Assembly: GCA_040880745.1 (NCBI GenBank)
Contig: JBBDHX010000035.1
Span: forward strand, 14,068-78,067
DNA length: 64,000 nt
Direction: 5' to 3'
Source: Actinomycetota bacterium
GTDB lineage: Bacteria > Actinomycetota > UBA4738 > HRBIN12
This document shows, one piece after another, positions 1-8,935 of the stretch (position 1 is its first letter; each line of letters begins with the position of its first letter). A program made the translations under genes and the position numbers. Below the pieces are notes generated by a model that saw only the letters and a list, made by a program, of their open reading frames with translations, was not told the origin of the DNA and did no database searches.

Positions 1-424
1 CTGGTCCTTCGGATCCGAGGTGCCCACCGGCCCGCTCATCGAGGCGATCAGCGCCGCCGGCATCGCGGTGGCGCTCCCGCGCATCGAGGGCCCCGACCTG
101 CAGGTCCGCACGTTCGCCCCGGGTGATCCCTTGGCCCCCACCGCGTTCGGCGCGATGGAACCGACTGCCGGTGTCGTCCTGCAGCCGGCGGATCTCGACG
201 TGATCATCACGCCGGCGGTGGCGTTCGATCCCGGCGGGCACCGCGTGGGCTACGGGGGCGGGTTCTACGATCGCCTCTTCCCGAAAGCCTCTCGCGCGGC
301 CCGGATCGGCATCGCGTACGACCTGCAGGTGCTCGACGGTCCCATGCCTGTCGGATCGTTCGATCTACCCGTTCACGTGATCGTGACCCAGAGCCGGACG
401 CTCCGCTGCTCCCCGTCGACTTGA
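1..424 (+). CDS. 5-formyltetrahydrofolate cyclo-ligase, C-terminal part (5' end lies upstream of the window)
   Basis: The reading frame is open to the window edge. The motifs 'GYGGGFYDR' and 'DVIITPAVAFD' are typical of the MTHFS/YgfA family. Confidence 0.7.
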   Translation, partial: WSFGSEVPTGPLIEAISAAGIAVALPRIEGPDLQVRTFAPGDPLAPTAFGAMEPTAGVVLQPADLDVIITPAVAFDPGGHRVGYGGGFYDRLFPKASRAARIGIAYDLQVLDGPMPVGSFDLPVHVIVTQSRTLRCSPST

Positions 425-527
425 ATCGTTGTTCGATCGTGCGGTAGAACCCCCGGTGAGGCCGCCTACCGGTCCTGACCGGACGCAGGGTACGGTGCCC
501 CCGCCACGAACCGAGGAGGAGTTGCGC

Positions 528-1622
528 ATGACCGAAGAGCACCGCTCGCCTTTGCACGACTGGCACGCCGAGCACGGGGCCGAGATCCTGGTCGAGGACG
601 GGTATCCGTGGTCGATGCATGAGGGCACCGACCCGATGGACGAGTACGAGGCCATCCGCACGGGTGCGGGGACCTGGGATCTGTTCAGCACCTGCAAGTA
701 TGAGGTGACCGGACCCGACGCAGGTCGTCTGATCCAGCGCCGTTTCACGAACGCGGTGGAGGGGATGACGGCCGGGTCGGTCCGCTACGGAGCTTTCGTC
801 AACGCCGATGGGACGATGATCGACGACGGCAACGTGTACAAGTTCGACGACACGCGGTACTGGGTGATGATCAACACCGCCGCCATCGACGACTGGTTCC
901 GCGAGACGGCCGTTGATCTGGACGCGCAGGTCGCTCACCGCACCGACGAGTTGGCGATGATCTCCGTGCAAGGGCCGAAGAGCCCGCAGGTGCTGCAAGG
1001 TCTCGTGGATCGTGACCTCGCCGACCTGGGCTACTTCCGGTTCTGGCCCGAGCCCGTGACGGTGGCGGGTGTGACGGCGAACGTCCTTCGTACCGGGTTC
1101 AGCGGCGAGAAGGGCTACGAGATCGTGATGCAACCCGGTGACGCGCAGGCCGTGTGGGACGCGTTGATCGCCGCCGGCGCCATGCCGTTCGGGTTGACCG
1201 CCGTGGACCTCGCGCGTACCGAGGTCGGCCTCATCATCATCGCCGTGGACTACAACCCGAACGAGATCAGCCCGTGGGACCTCTCGATGGATCGCTTCAT
1301 CAAGCTGGGGACCGAGTGCGTGGCCGCCGAGGCGCTGGCTGCGCGCGGGGCGAACCCGCCGAAGCGATTCAAGACCCTCCGCATCGAGGGTGAGACCGCC
1401 CCTGAGTACGGCGCCGTCGTCACGAAGGATGGCCGCGAAGTGGGGGTGGTGACCTCGCCGGCATCGAGTCCACGCCTGGGGACCATCGGCCTGGCGATCC
1501 TGGACGCCGATGTGGCCGTCGAGGGCGAGAAGGTGGACGTCGCCATCGGTGACACAACGGCCGCGGCGACGGTCGATGTGCTCTCATCGCTCGACCCGGA
1601 GAAGGTGCGCCCGCGCGGGTGA
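528..1622 (+). CDS. Aminomethyltransferase-family protein (glycine cleavage T / GcvT-like folate-binding)
   Basis: ATG at 528 is preceded by GAGGAGGA. The sequence 'SPLHDWHAEHGAE...YEAIRTGAGTWDLS...' and the C-terminal barrel region resemble the GcvT family. I chose the internal ATG rather than the ORF-track start at 429. Confidence 0.8.
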   Translation: MTEEHRSPLHDWHAEHGAEILVEDGYPWSMHEGTDPMDEYEAIRTGAGTWDLFSTCKYEVTGPDAGRLIQRRFTNAVEGMTAGSVRYGAFVNADGTMIDDGNVYKFDDTRYWVMINTAAIDDWFRETAVDLDAQVAHRTDELAMISVQGPKSPQVLQGLVDRDLADLGYFRFWPEPVTVAGVTANVLRTGFSGEKGYEIVMQPGDAQAVWDALIAAGAMPFGLTAVDLARTEVGLIIIAVDYNPNEISPWDLSMDRFIKLGTECVAAEALAARGANPPKRFKTLRIEGETAPEYGAVVTKDGREVGVVTSPASSPRLGTIGLAILDADVAVEGEKVDVAIGDTTAAATVDVLSSLDPEKVRPRG

Positions 1623-1664
1623 CGCTGTCGAGGGAGACGGCCCCTGTGCGGGGCCGCCTCCCGT

Positions 1665-2582
1665 ATGCTCCGCCCGATGGCGAGGAGGCCGTTGTTCGCG
1701 GTGGTGCCGAACTTCTCCGAAGGCCGTCGCACCGACGTGATGGACGCCATCTGCGCCGCCCTGCAGGTCCCGGGAGCGCGCCTGGTCTACCGCCAGGCCG
1801 ACGCCGGCCATCACCGCCTCGACACGACGGTCCTCGGCGATGCTGACGCCGTGGCGCGAAGCGCCATGGCGGGGGCGCGCGTGGCGGTCTCGCTCATCGA
1901 CATGACGCACCACGCAGGCGGCCATCCGCGGATGGGCGCCGTCGACGTGATCCCGTTCGTCCCGCTGCGCGCGGCTTCGATGCCCGATGCGATCGCCCTC
2001 GCGCGGGGGTTCGGCCGTGACCTGGCCGACGCCCTCGATCTGCCGGTCTACCTCTACGACCGGGCCGCGCTGGTGCCCGAGCGGGCTTCTCTGGCCATCG
2101 TGCGCAAGGGTGAGTACGAGGGCCTGCGTGAGGCCGTCGCTCTGGGTGAGCGGCTCCCGGACTTCGGCCCTCACGCGATCGGCCCGGCCGGAGCGACCGC
2201 GGTGGGCGCACGCGAGCCGCTCATCGCGTTCAACATGTACCTGTCCGGGACGGATGAGGCCGCGGCCAAGCAGATCGCGACCACGATCCGCGAGTCCTCC
2301 GGGGGGCTCCCCGCACTCCGCGCGATCGGGTTCGGCGTCCCTGAGCGTTCCTGCGTCACGGTGTCGATGAACCTCATCGACCATCGCGTGACCGGGCTGG
2401 TCGCTGCGTACGACGCCGTGGTGGCCTGGGCTTCCCCGATGGGTATGGATGTGTTGGACTCCGAGATCGTCGGGCTGGTCCCCGAGGCGGCGCTCGATGG
2501 CGGGGTCGCCGAGCACGTGCGCCTGGAAGGATTCGACCCCGACGGTCAGATCTTGGAGCGGTTGGCGGAGGAGGACACGTGA
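1665..2582 (+). CDS. Glutamate formimidoyltransferase (FtcD N-terminal-type)
   Basis: It has the hallmark N-terminal 'VPNFSEGRR' and 'HPRMGAVDVIPFVP'. The start could be ATG 1665 or ATG 1677. Confidence 0.85.
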   Translation: MLRPMARRPLFAVVPNFSEGRRTDVMDAICAALQVPGARLVYRQADAGHHRLDTTVLGDADAVARSAMAGARVAVSLIDMTHHAGGHPRMGAVDVIPFVPLRAASMPDAIALARGFGRDLADALDLPVYLYDRAALVPERASLAIVRKGEYEGLREAVALGERLPDFGPHAIGPAGATAVGAREPLIAFNMYLSGTDEAAAKQIATTIRESSGGLPALRAIGFGVPERSCVTVSMNLIDHRVTGLVAAYDAVVAWASPMGMDVLDSEIVGLVPEAALDGGVAEHVRLEGFDPDGQILERLAEEDT

Positions 2583-3223
2583 GCGAGTTGGCGCCCATCG
2601 GCGAGCAGCGCATCGACCGATGGTTGGAAGAGCTGGGCTCGGGTGCCGCCACCCCCGGGGGTGGGGCGTTCGCGGCGCTGAGTGCGGCCGCGGGGGCCGC
2701 CCTCGTGTCCATGGTCGGCCGGCTCACCATCGGCAAGCCGAAGTTCGCCGAGGCCGAGGCCCGCATGCAGGAGATCGTGGCCGAAGCCGACCGCGAGCGC
2801 GTCGATCTGCTGGGGTTCGCCGATCGCGACGCTCAGGCGTTCGACGCGGTCATGTTCGCCTACCGCATGCCGAGGGAGACGGAGGCTGAGCAGACCCAGC
2901 GGCTCCACGCGTTGCAGACGGCCCTCGAGCGCGCCGCCGAGGTGCCGTTGATGGTCGCCCGGCGCGCCGTCTACGTCATGGGCTTGGCCGAGGAAGCCAC
3001 GATGATCGGGAACCCGAACGCCGCCTCCGACGGTATGTGCGCGGCAGCCGGGCTTCACGCCGCCGCCGTCGCGGCCCTGGCGAACGTCCAGATCAATGCC
3101 TTCGCGTTCGTCGACGGTTCCAAGCGAGAGGCGTTGCTCGATGACTGCCGCCGCCTCCGCGATCGCGCCGGACAGGTCCTGGCCGATGTCCACGAGGTGT
3201 TCGAGGAGCGGGTCGGGTCGTAG
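2579..3223 (+). CDS. Cyclodeaminase/cyclohydrolase family protein (formimidoyl-THF cyclodeaminase or methenyl-THF cyclohydrolase)
   Basis: The GTG start overlaps the upstream stop (GTGA) and GGAGGAGGA lies upstream. 'TPGGGAFAALSAAAGAALVSMVGRLTIGK' is typical of the FTCD_C family. Confidence 0.8.
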   Translation: MSELAPIGEQRIDRWLEELGSGAATPGGGAFAALSAAAGAALVSMVGRLTIGKPKFAEAEARMQEIVAEADRERVDLLGFADRDAQAFDAVMFAYRMPRETEAEQTQRLHALQTALERAAEVPLMVARRAVYVMGLAEEATMIGNPNAASDGMCAAAGLHAAAVAALANVQINAFAFVDGSKREALLDDCRRLRDRAGQVLADVHEVFEERVGS

Positions 3224-3263
3224 AGGTCTTGCGCGCCGGGGTTCCGGAGCGCAGGCTTGCGTC

Positions 3264-3677
3264 ATGCGGGTCGATGCGATCGTCTTCGACTGCCGCGTCG
3301 CGGCGCCGCTCGCCAGGTTCTGGGCCGCAGCGCTCGGATGGAGCGTGGCTCCTTCAGACGGTGGCGAGGTCGCGCGCCTCGCCGCCCCCAGGATCGACGA
3401 TATCGATGATCACCACTCGGTCATGGTGGAGCCACCCGAGGAGGATGCGGGCCTCCCTCGGCTGTTCTTCACCGAGGTCCAGGAACCCAAGCTGGCCAAG
3501 AACCGAGTGCACGTCGACGTGATCGCCGACGATGACCTGGAGACCGAGGTGGCGCGGCTCGAGGAGCTGGGCGCCAGGGTCCGGAACTGGGCCGAGCAGG
3601 ACGGCGGCATGTGGTGCGTGATGCTCGACCCTGAGGGCAACGAGTTCTGCGTCATGCCACCCGAGGACGCAGCCTGA
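3264..3677 (+). CDS. VOC/glyoxalase-like domain protein
   Basis: Starts at ATG 3264. 'VDAIVFDCRVAAPLARFWAAALGW...KNRVHVDV...DPEGNEFCV' is the glyoxalase-like fold pattern. Confidence 0.6.
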   Translation: MRVDAIVFDCRVAAPLARFWAAALGWSVAPSDGGEVARLAAPRIDDIDDHHSVMVEPPEEDAGLPRLFFTEVQEPKLAKNRVHVDVIADDDLETEVARLEELGARVRNWAEQDGGMWCVMLDPEGNEFCVMPPEDAA

Positions 3678-3708
3678 GTTCGCTGCAGCCCGCCCCCGTA
3701 GAGGCCGT

Positions 3709-5379
3709 TCAGAACAGGCCGGTCGTCCGGCCTTCCGCGTCGATGTCCACACCCATGAAGTTGGGTGTCTTGCCCAGACCGGGCATCCGTTGCATGTCGC
3801 CGCAGAGCACGACCACGAAGCCCGCGCCGGCGCTGGGGACCACCCCGCGCACCGGGAGCCTGAAACCGCGGGGGCGGTTGAGCAGGAGAGGGTCGTGGCT
3901 GAGCGACAGGTGCGTCTTCGCCATACAGACCGGGGCGGTGCCGAACCCCAGCTCGTTCATCCGCGCGAGGTCCTTCTCGGCCTGAGGGAGGTAGTCGACG
4001 CCCTCGGCGCCGTAGAGCTTCGTGGCGATCGCGTCGATCTGTCCCCGCAGCGGTGTGCCGTCCGGGGTGAGCTGGTGGAACGAGTTGGGCTGTTCGCACG
4101 CCGCCACCACTGCCTTCGCCAGATCGACCGCGCCGGCGCCACCGTCTGCGAAGCCGCGGTTGACGACGACCGTCTCGGCACCGGCGCCCACCGCGAGCTC
4201 GCCGATGAGATCGATCTCCGCGGCGGTGTCGGTGGGGAAGTTGTTGATGGACACCACGCACGGCAGGCCGTACTCGCGCATGATCTCGATGTGGGCCGCC
4301 AGGTTGTCGATACCGCGGCGGAGCGCGTCGAGGTCCTCCGTGCCCAGATCGGCGAAGGCCATGCCGCCGTGCGACTTGGTCGCGCGCACCGTCGTGACGA
4401 GCACGCCGGCGCTCGGGGTGAACCCGCCGAAGCGGCACACGATGTCGCAGAACTTCTGCAGACCCAGGTCGGAGGCGAACCCGGCTTCGGTGATGACGTA
4501 GTCGGCGAGTTTCAGCGCGACGCGGTCTTCGACGATCGAGTTGTTCCCATGGGCGATGTTGCCGAACGGGCCGGCATGCAGCAGCGCCGGCTGGCCCTCG
4601 AGCGTCTGGACCAGGTTGGGCTCGATCGCGTCGCGCATGATCACGGTCATCGCTCCGGCAACCCGCAGGTCCTCCGCCGTCACGGGCGCGCCGTCGTAGG
4701 TCGACGCCACGATGATCCGCCCCAGCCGGGTACGGAGGTCCTGCAGGTCGCTCGTGAGCGCGAGGATCGCCATGATCTCTGACGCGGCGGTGATGACGAA
4801 GCCCTCCTGACGGGGGACGCCGTGCGCCTTGCCGCCGAGACCGACGACGGTGTCGCGCAGTTCGCGATCGTTCACGTCGAGGGCCCGGGGCCACGTGATC
4901 GTCCGCGGATCGATGCCGTGGGGGTTGCCGTGGTAGATCGAGGCGTCGAGCGCTGCGGACAGCAGGTCGTGGGCGGCGGTGACCGCGTGGAAGTCCCCGT
5001 TGAAGTGGAGGTTGATCTCCTCCATGGGGACCACCTGTGCGTAGCCGCCCCCGGTGCCACCACCCTTGATCCCGAACACGGGTCCCATGCTGGGCTCGCG
5101 AAGCGCAAGGACGACCCGTTCGCCGATGGCGCCCAGGCCTTGCGCGAGCGAGACCGACGTGGTCGTCTTGCCCTCCCCGGCCTTCGTGGGCGTGATCGCC
5201 GTGGTGATCACGAGTTTGCCGTCGGGCTTCTCGGCGAGCCGGTCGAGGATCGAGAGCGAGACCTTCGCGCGGTCGGTGCCGTAGGGCTTGAGTTCGTCCG
5301 CGGCGATGCCTGCGTCCGCGGCGACCTCGGTGATGGGTCGGAGCGATGCTGCCTGGGCGATCTCGAGGCCGGACTTCAT
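3709..5379 (-). CDS. fhs: Formate--tetrahydrofolate ligase
   Basis: Full-length 556-aa ORF. 'ITPTKAGEGKTTTSVSL', 'GGGYAQVVPMEEINLHFNGDFHA' and 'EAGFASDLG' are classic Fhs motifs. Confidence 0.95.
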   Translation of the reverse strand: MKSGLEIAQAASLRPITEVAADAGIAADELKPYGTDRAKVSLSILDRLAEKPDGKLVITTAITPTKAGEGKTTTSVSLAQGLGAIGERVVLALREPSMGPVFGIKGGGTGGGYAQVVPMEEINLHFNGDFHAVTAAHDLLSAALDASIYHGNPHGIDPRTITWPRALDVNDRELRDTVVGLGGKAHGVPRQEGFVITAASEIMAILALTSDLQDLRTRLGRIIVASTYDGAPVTAEDLRVAGAMTVIMRDAIEPNLVQTLEGQPALLHAGPFGNIAHGNNSIVEDRVALKLADYVITEAGFASDLGLQKFCDIVCRFGGFTPSAGVLVTTVRATKSHGGMAFADLGTEDLDALRRGIDNLAAHIEIMREYGLPCVVSINNFPTDTAAEIDLIGELAVGAGAETVVVNRGFADGGAGAVDLAKAVVAACEQPNSFHQLTPDGTPLRGQIDAIATKLYGAEGVDYLPQAEKDLARMNELGFGTAPVCMAKTHLSLSHDPLLLNRPRGFRLPVRGVVPSAGAGFVVVLCGDMQRMPGLGKTPNFMGVDIDAEGRTTGLF

Positions 5380-5520
5380 CAGCGGACGGCTCCTTTGGGC
5401 TCGCGTGCGCGCGTGGACCAGCGCGTGAGGCGACGATACAACCCACCGCTCACCGGGCCCAAACCGACCACCCCGATCGTCTGGACGGGAGAACGAGCGT
5501 ACGATGCGATACTGCCGCTC

Positions 5521-7350
5521 GTGGACCCTGCGTCCTTCCTAGCAGCGAACGCCCCGTTCGACGAACTCCCCGCCGATGACCTCGTGGCGGTGATCGGCGC
5601 GACGGAGATCGTGTTCTTCCTCGGTGGCGAAACGGTCCTCGAGGCGGGTGGTGAGGTCCTCGACCACCTGTTCGTCGTGCGCACCGGTGGCGTGGAGTTG
5701 CTCGACGAGGGCCACGTGGTGGACCAGCTTGGAGAGGGTGAGATCTTCGGGGCGCTGTCGCTCTTGTCGGGGGAGCGTCCGCTGTTCACGGTACGCGCCC
5801 ACGAAGAGACGATCTGCTATCGGATCGGGCGCGCGGCAGCCGAGGCCGCGCTGGCCTCTCCCGCGGGTGTGTCGTTCCTCAGCCGAAGCCTGCGCCGGCG
5901 AGAGAGAACGCTCCTGGTCCACGCAGGCGTCACGGCCGCAGACCCATGGACCATGCCGCTCGGCCAGATCGCGACGGCGTCGATCGTGCAGGTGTCCGGG
6001 GATGCCTCGATACGTGAGGCCGCGGCGATGATGGCGACGGCGCGCGCATCCTCGGTCTTCGTCCGCGAGGCCGACGGCTGGGCGATCATGACCGACAGAG
6101 ACCTGCGGGTCCGGGTGGTGGCCGAAGGGGTCGACACGGATACCTCGGTCCGCGGGGTCGCGTCGTCTCCGCTCCTTTCGTTGCCGGCGGACGCCACCGC
6201 TGCGGAGGCGCTCTCGCTGATGTTGGAGGGTGGGATCCACCACGTTCCCGTCACCGAGGCGGGAGACGTGCTGGCGGTCATCACCGACACCGACCTGCTG
6301 GCGTTGGAGCGCCGTTCCGTGCTCCGGCTCCGCAGGGAACTGGAAGCAGCCCCCACCTTCGAGGAGGCGGTGACCGTCGCCCTGCAGGTACCCCGGGCCC
6401 TCGCAGATCTCGTGCTCGCGAGCATGGACCCGCTGGCCGTCGGGCATCTCGCCGCCGTCTTCCGCGACACGCTCACCGCTCGTTTGATCGACCTCACCGT
6501 GCAGCGGCTGGGCTCGCCTCCGTGCCCCTGGTCGTGGCTCGCGCTCGGCAGTCAGGCTCGCTTCGAACAGGGCCTGGTGACCGACCAGGATCACGCACTC
6601 GTCTTCGAGCCCGGGGAGGCCCTGGCCGAAGACCTGGATCCCTACTTCGCGAGTCTCGCGGCGGGTGTGACGCAGGGGCTCGTCGACGCCGGAACGCCTC
6701 GCTGCCGGGCAGGCGTGATCGCCGAAGAGCGCGACTGGCGCGGGCCGCTGCAGGAGTGGACCGCGCGTTTCGCGACCTGGTCGCACGACCGCGACCCGGG
6801 GGCGCTCGGCCGGGCCGCGATCGCGTTCGACCATCGCGCGGTTGCGGGACCCCTCGACATCGACGAGAGCTTCGCGAGGCCCCTCGCGGCGGTGGGGGCG
6901 GAACTGAGCGTGCAGCGCAGGCTCGGTCGATGGGTCATCGACCGGCGCCCGCCGCGGGGGTTCCTTCGCGCCGCGATCGTGGAGGGTCGCGGTACCCGTA
7001 GCCTGACGTTCGACGTGAAGGATCAAGGGATCGCACTGGTCACGAGCCTCGCCCGCGTCCTCGCGCTGCGCGCGGGAGTCAGGGAGAACAGGACGGGGGC
7101 GAGGTTGCGGGCCGCTGTCCGCGCCGGTGTCCTCGAACCGCGCGATGGGGAGGCGCTCGAGGAGGCGTTCGCGCTGCTGTGGCAGGTCCGGCTCGATCAC
7201 CAGGCGGCCCAGGTTCGCGACGGCCTCCCTCCCGATGACCTCGTCGACCCTCGACGGCTCGGCCCGCTCACCCGTCAGGGGCTGAGAGAGGCCTTCCGTA
7301 GGATCGATGCGGGGCAGCAGGTGGTCGCCCTCGAACTCGGGCTCAGGTGA
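5521..7350 (+). CDS. Cyclic-nucleotide-binding / tandem CBS / DUF294 (putative nucleotidyltransferase) domain protein
   Basis: GTG 5521 is the first in-frame start clear of fhs. The N-terminus has a cNMP-binding pattern ('GEIFGALSLL...RTFTVRA'-like). The middle has CBS pairs ('HHVPV...VLAVITDTDLL'). The C-terminus has 'WSWLALGSQARFEQGLVTDQDHALVF', typical of DUF294. Confidence 0.8.
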   Translation: MDPASFLAANAPFDELPADDLVAVIGATEIVFFLGGETVLEAGGEVLDHLFVVRTGGVELLDEGHVVDQLGEGEIFGALSLLSGERPLFTVRAHEETICYRIGRAAAEAALASPAGVSFLSRSLRRRERTLLVHAGVTAADPWTMPLGQIATASIVQVSGDASIREAAAMMATARASSVFVREADGWAIMTDRDLRVRVVAEGVDTDTSVRGVASSPLLSLPADATAAEALSLMLEGGIHHVPVTEAGDVLAVITDTDLLALERRSVLRLRRELEAAPTFEEAVTVALQVPRALADLVLASMDPLAVGHLAAVFRDTLTARLIDLTVQRLGSPPCPWSWLALGSQARFEQGLVTDQDHALVFEPGEALAEDLDPYFASLAAGVTQGLVDAGTPRCRAGVIAEERDWRGPLQEWTARFATWSHDRDPGALGRAAIAFDHRAVAGPLDIDESFARPLAAVGAELSVQRRLGRWVIDRRPPRGFLRAAIVEGRGTRSLTFDVKDQGIALVTSLARVLALRAGVRENRTGARLRAAVRAGVLEPRDGEALEEAFALLWQVRLDHQAAQVRDGLPPDDLVDPRRLGPLTRQGLREAFRRIDAGQQVVALELGLR

Positions 7351-7973
7351 GACGTACGCGGCCTGCGCCGCCGCCTCGGCGCTCCCGGCATCTGCCGTGG
7401 CGGCGAGCCTCCTTCATCGCCCTCGATCTGGAAACGACCGGCCTGGACCTCGGTCACGACCGGATCGTCTCGTTCGGCGCGGTGCCGGTCACCGGCGGAG
7501 TCGTGCGGCTCGGTGAGGCCACCCACGACCTGGTCGATCCGGGAGACCGCGGCCCATCCAGGACCTCGGTCACGATCCACAGGATCCGTCCCGTGGATCT
7601 GGTGGGCGCGATGTCGATGCACGAGGCCGCCGGTGAGCTCGCCGCGTTGCTCGATCGCCGGTATCTCCTCGCGTGGTATGCGCGGGTGGAGACCTCGTTC
7701 CTGGGCTCGCTGTTCGCGATCGCGGACCGGAGCTGGAAACGACGCACCATCGACGTCCGTGATCTGCTGGTGGCGCTCGAGGGGGCATCGACGGCCCGGA
7801 TGCCGCTGACCGCTGCGGCGGGGGCGTGCGGCGTCCCCGTCGCCGACCCGCACCATGCTCTGGACGACGCTCTCGTCACGGCGCAGCTGTTCGTGGTGCT
7901 CGCGAGCCGTCTGGAGGCACGGGATGGACGCGCAACGGTCGGTGAGCTGCTCCGTCTGCCCCGGACGGCGTGA
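7347..7973 (+). CDS. DEDD-type 3'-5' exonuclease (DnaQ/epsilon-like)
   Basis: The GTGA overlap with the upstream gene suggests translational coupling. The ExoI motif is 'FIALDLETTGL' and the C-terminal 'HHALDDALVTAQL' is ExoIII (DEDDh). Confidence 0.8.
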   Translation: MRRTRPAPPPRRSRHLPWRRASFIALDLETTGLDLGHDRIVSFGAVPVTGGVVRLGEATHDLVDPGDRGPSRTSVTIHRIRPVDLVGAMSMHEAAGELAALLDRRYLLAWYARVETSFLGSLFAIADRSWKRRTIDVRDLLVALEGASTARMPLTAAAGACGVPVADPHHALDDALVTAQLFVVLASRLEARDGRATVGELLRLPRTA

Positions 7974-8004
7974 CCCCTGCGGCGCCACGGCCGATACTGA
8001 GGGG

Positions 8005-8841
8005 GTGACCGCTACCGAGCCGATCCGCCGCAACGTGACCCCGGTGAGGATCACGGCCGTGCACGGCGGGGTTCGCTCCGAGCGAGCCGACACGCTCGCG
8101 ACCGAGGAGCCATTGGAGATCCGGGTCCAGGGCCCCGACGGACCTGCGCAGCAGGTCGCGGTGACCATGCGCACACCCGGCGGTGACTTCGAGCTGGCCC
8201 TGGGTTTCCTGTTCACCGAGGGTCTCATCACGCCGGTTGACGTCGTCCGCGTCGCCTATTGCGACGACGTCGAGGACGAGGCGCAGCGGTACAACGTGGT
8301 CACCGTGACGCTCGCCCGGCGGTTGGACCCCGCCGTACTGCGGCGCAACTTCTACGCGACCTCGAGCTGCGGCGTGTGCGGGAAGGCTGCCCTCGATGAC
8401 ATCGAGGTCCGATGTACTCCCGTCGCCGAAGGGATCACGGTGCCACTCGAAGTGCTCCTGGGGCTGCCGGACGTGCTTCGCAGCGGGCAGAAGGTGTTCG
8501 ATCGAACGGGCGGACTGCACGCCGCCGGGCTCTTCACGCCCGAGGGCCGGCTGGTCACGATCCGCGAGGACGTGGGCCGTCACAACGCCGTCGACAAGGC
8601 GGTGGGGGAGCAGCTCCTGGCCGGCGGGCTCCCGCTATCGGATCGCATCCTGCAGGTCAGCGGGCGCCTCTCGTTCGAGATCGTCCAGAAGGCCGCCGTC
8701 GCGGGGATCCCGATCGTGAGCGCCGTCTCCGCGCCGTCCTCGCTCGCTGTCGAGGCCGCCGAGCGCTTCGGCATGACGCTCGTCGGGTTCGTCCGCGACG
8801 GGCGCGCTAACGTGTATGCGCGCCCCGACCGGATCGTGTGA
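8005..8841 (+). CDS. fdhD: Formate dehydrogenase accessory sulfurtransferase FdhD
   Basis: '[13 protein letters not shown]', 'GGLHAAGLF' and '[13 protein letters not shown]' are FdhD signatures. GTG 8005 was chosen as the first start after the upstream stop. Confidence 0.9.
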   Translation: MTATEPIRRNVTPVRITAVHGGVRSERADTLATEEPLEIRVQGPDGPAQQVAVTMRTPGGDFELALGFLFTEGLITPVDVVRVAYCDDVEDEAQRYNVVTVTLARRLDPAVLRRNFYATSSCGVCGKAALDDIEVRCTPVAEGITVPLEVLLGLPDVLRSGQKVFDRTGGLHAAGLFTPEGRLVTIREDVGRHNAVDKAVGEQLLAGGLPLSDRILQVSGRLSFEIVQKAAVAGIPIVSAVSAPSSLAVEAAERFGMTLVGFVRDGRANVYARPDRIV

Positions 8842-8935
8842 TCGAGGGTCACGGCGGCGCAACCCCGGGTACGACTCTGCTCGGCGCCGGGGTACGATCG
8901 ACCGGACCGGGACCGCCCCGGTGAAGGAGACGTCG

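Noticed and set aside
425-527. A possible glycine, THF or ZTP riboswitch upstream of the GcvT-like gene
   Set aside because: I could not find the conserved cores (glycine GGAGAG...CACCGAAGGGGCAA-like, or ZTP GGGUCGUGACUGGCG...CCGCCUGGGC). Only short generic hairpins are present.
3410-5446. A 678-aa minus-strand ORF in a different frame over fhs, and the plus-strand ORF 3790..4782
   Set aside because: The in-frame 556-aa ORF 3709..5379 is unmistakably Fhs. The alternative frames give Arg/Gly/Pro-rich nonsense.
4822-5520. The N-terminal 233 codons of the 842-aa track ORF 4822..7350
   Set aside because: This part overlaps fhs on the opposite strand and has no domain content. Recognisable cNMP-binding sequence starts right after GTG 5521.
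5380-5520. A possible ZTP (pfl) riboswitch in the fhs leader on the minus strand
   Set aside because: The reverse-complemented leader lacks the pfl-motif conserved segments. CGCGCUGGUCC is only a superficial resemblance to CCGCCUGGGC.
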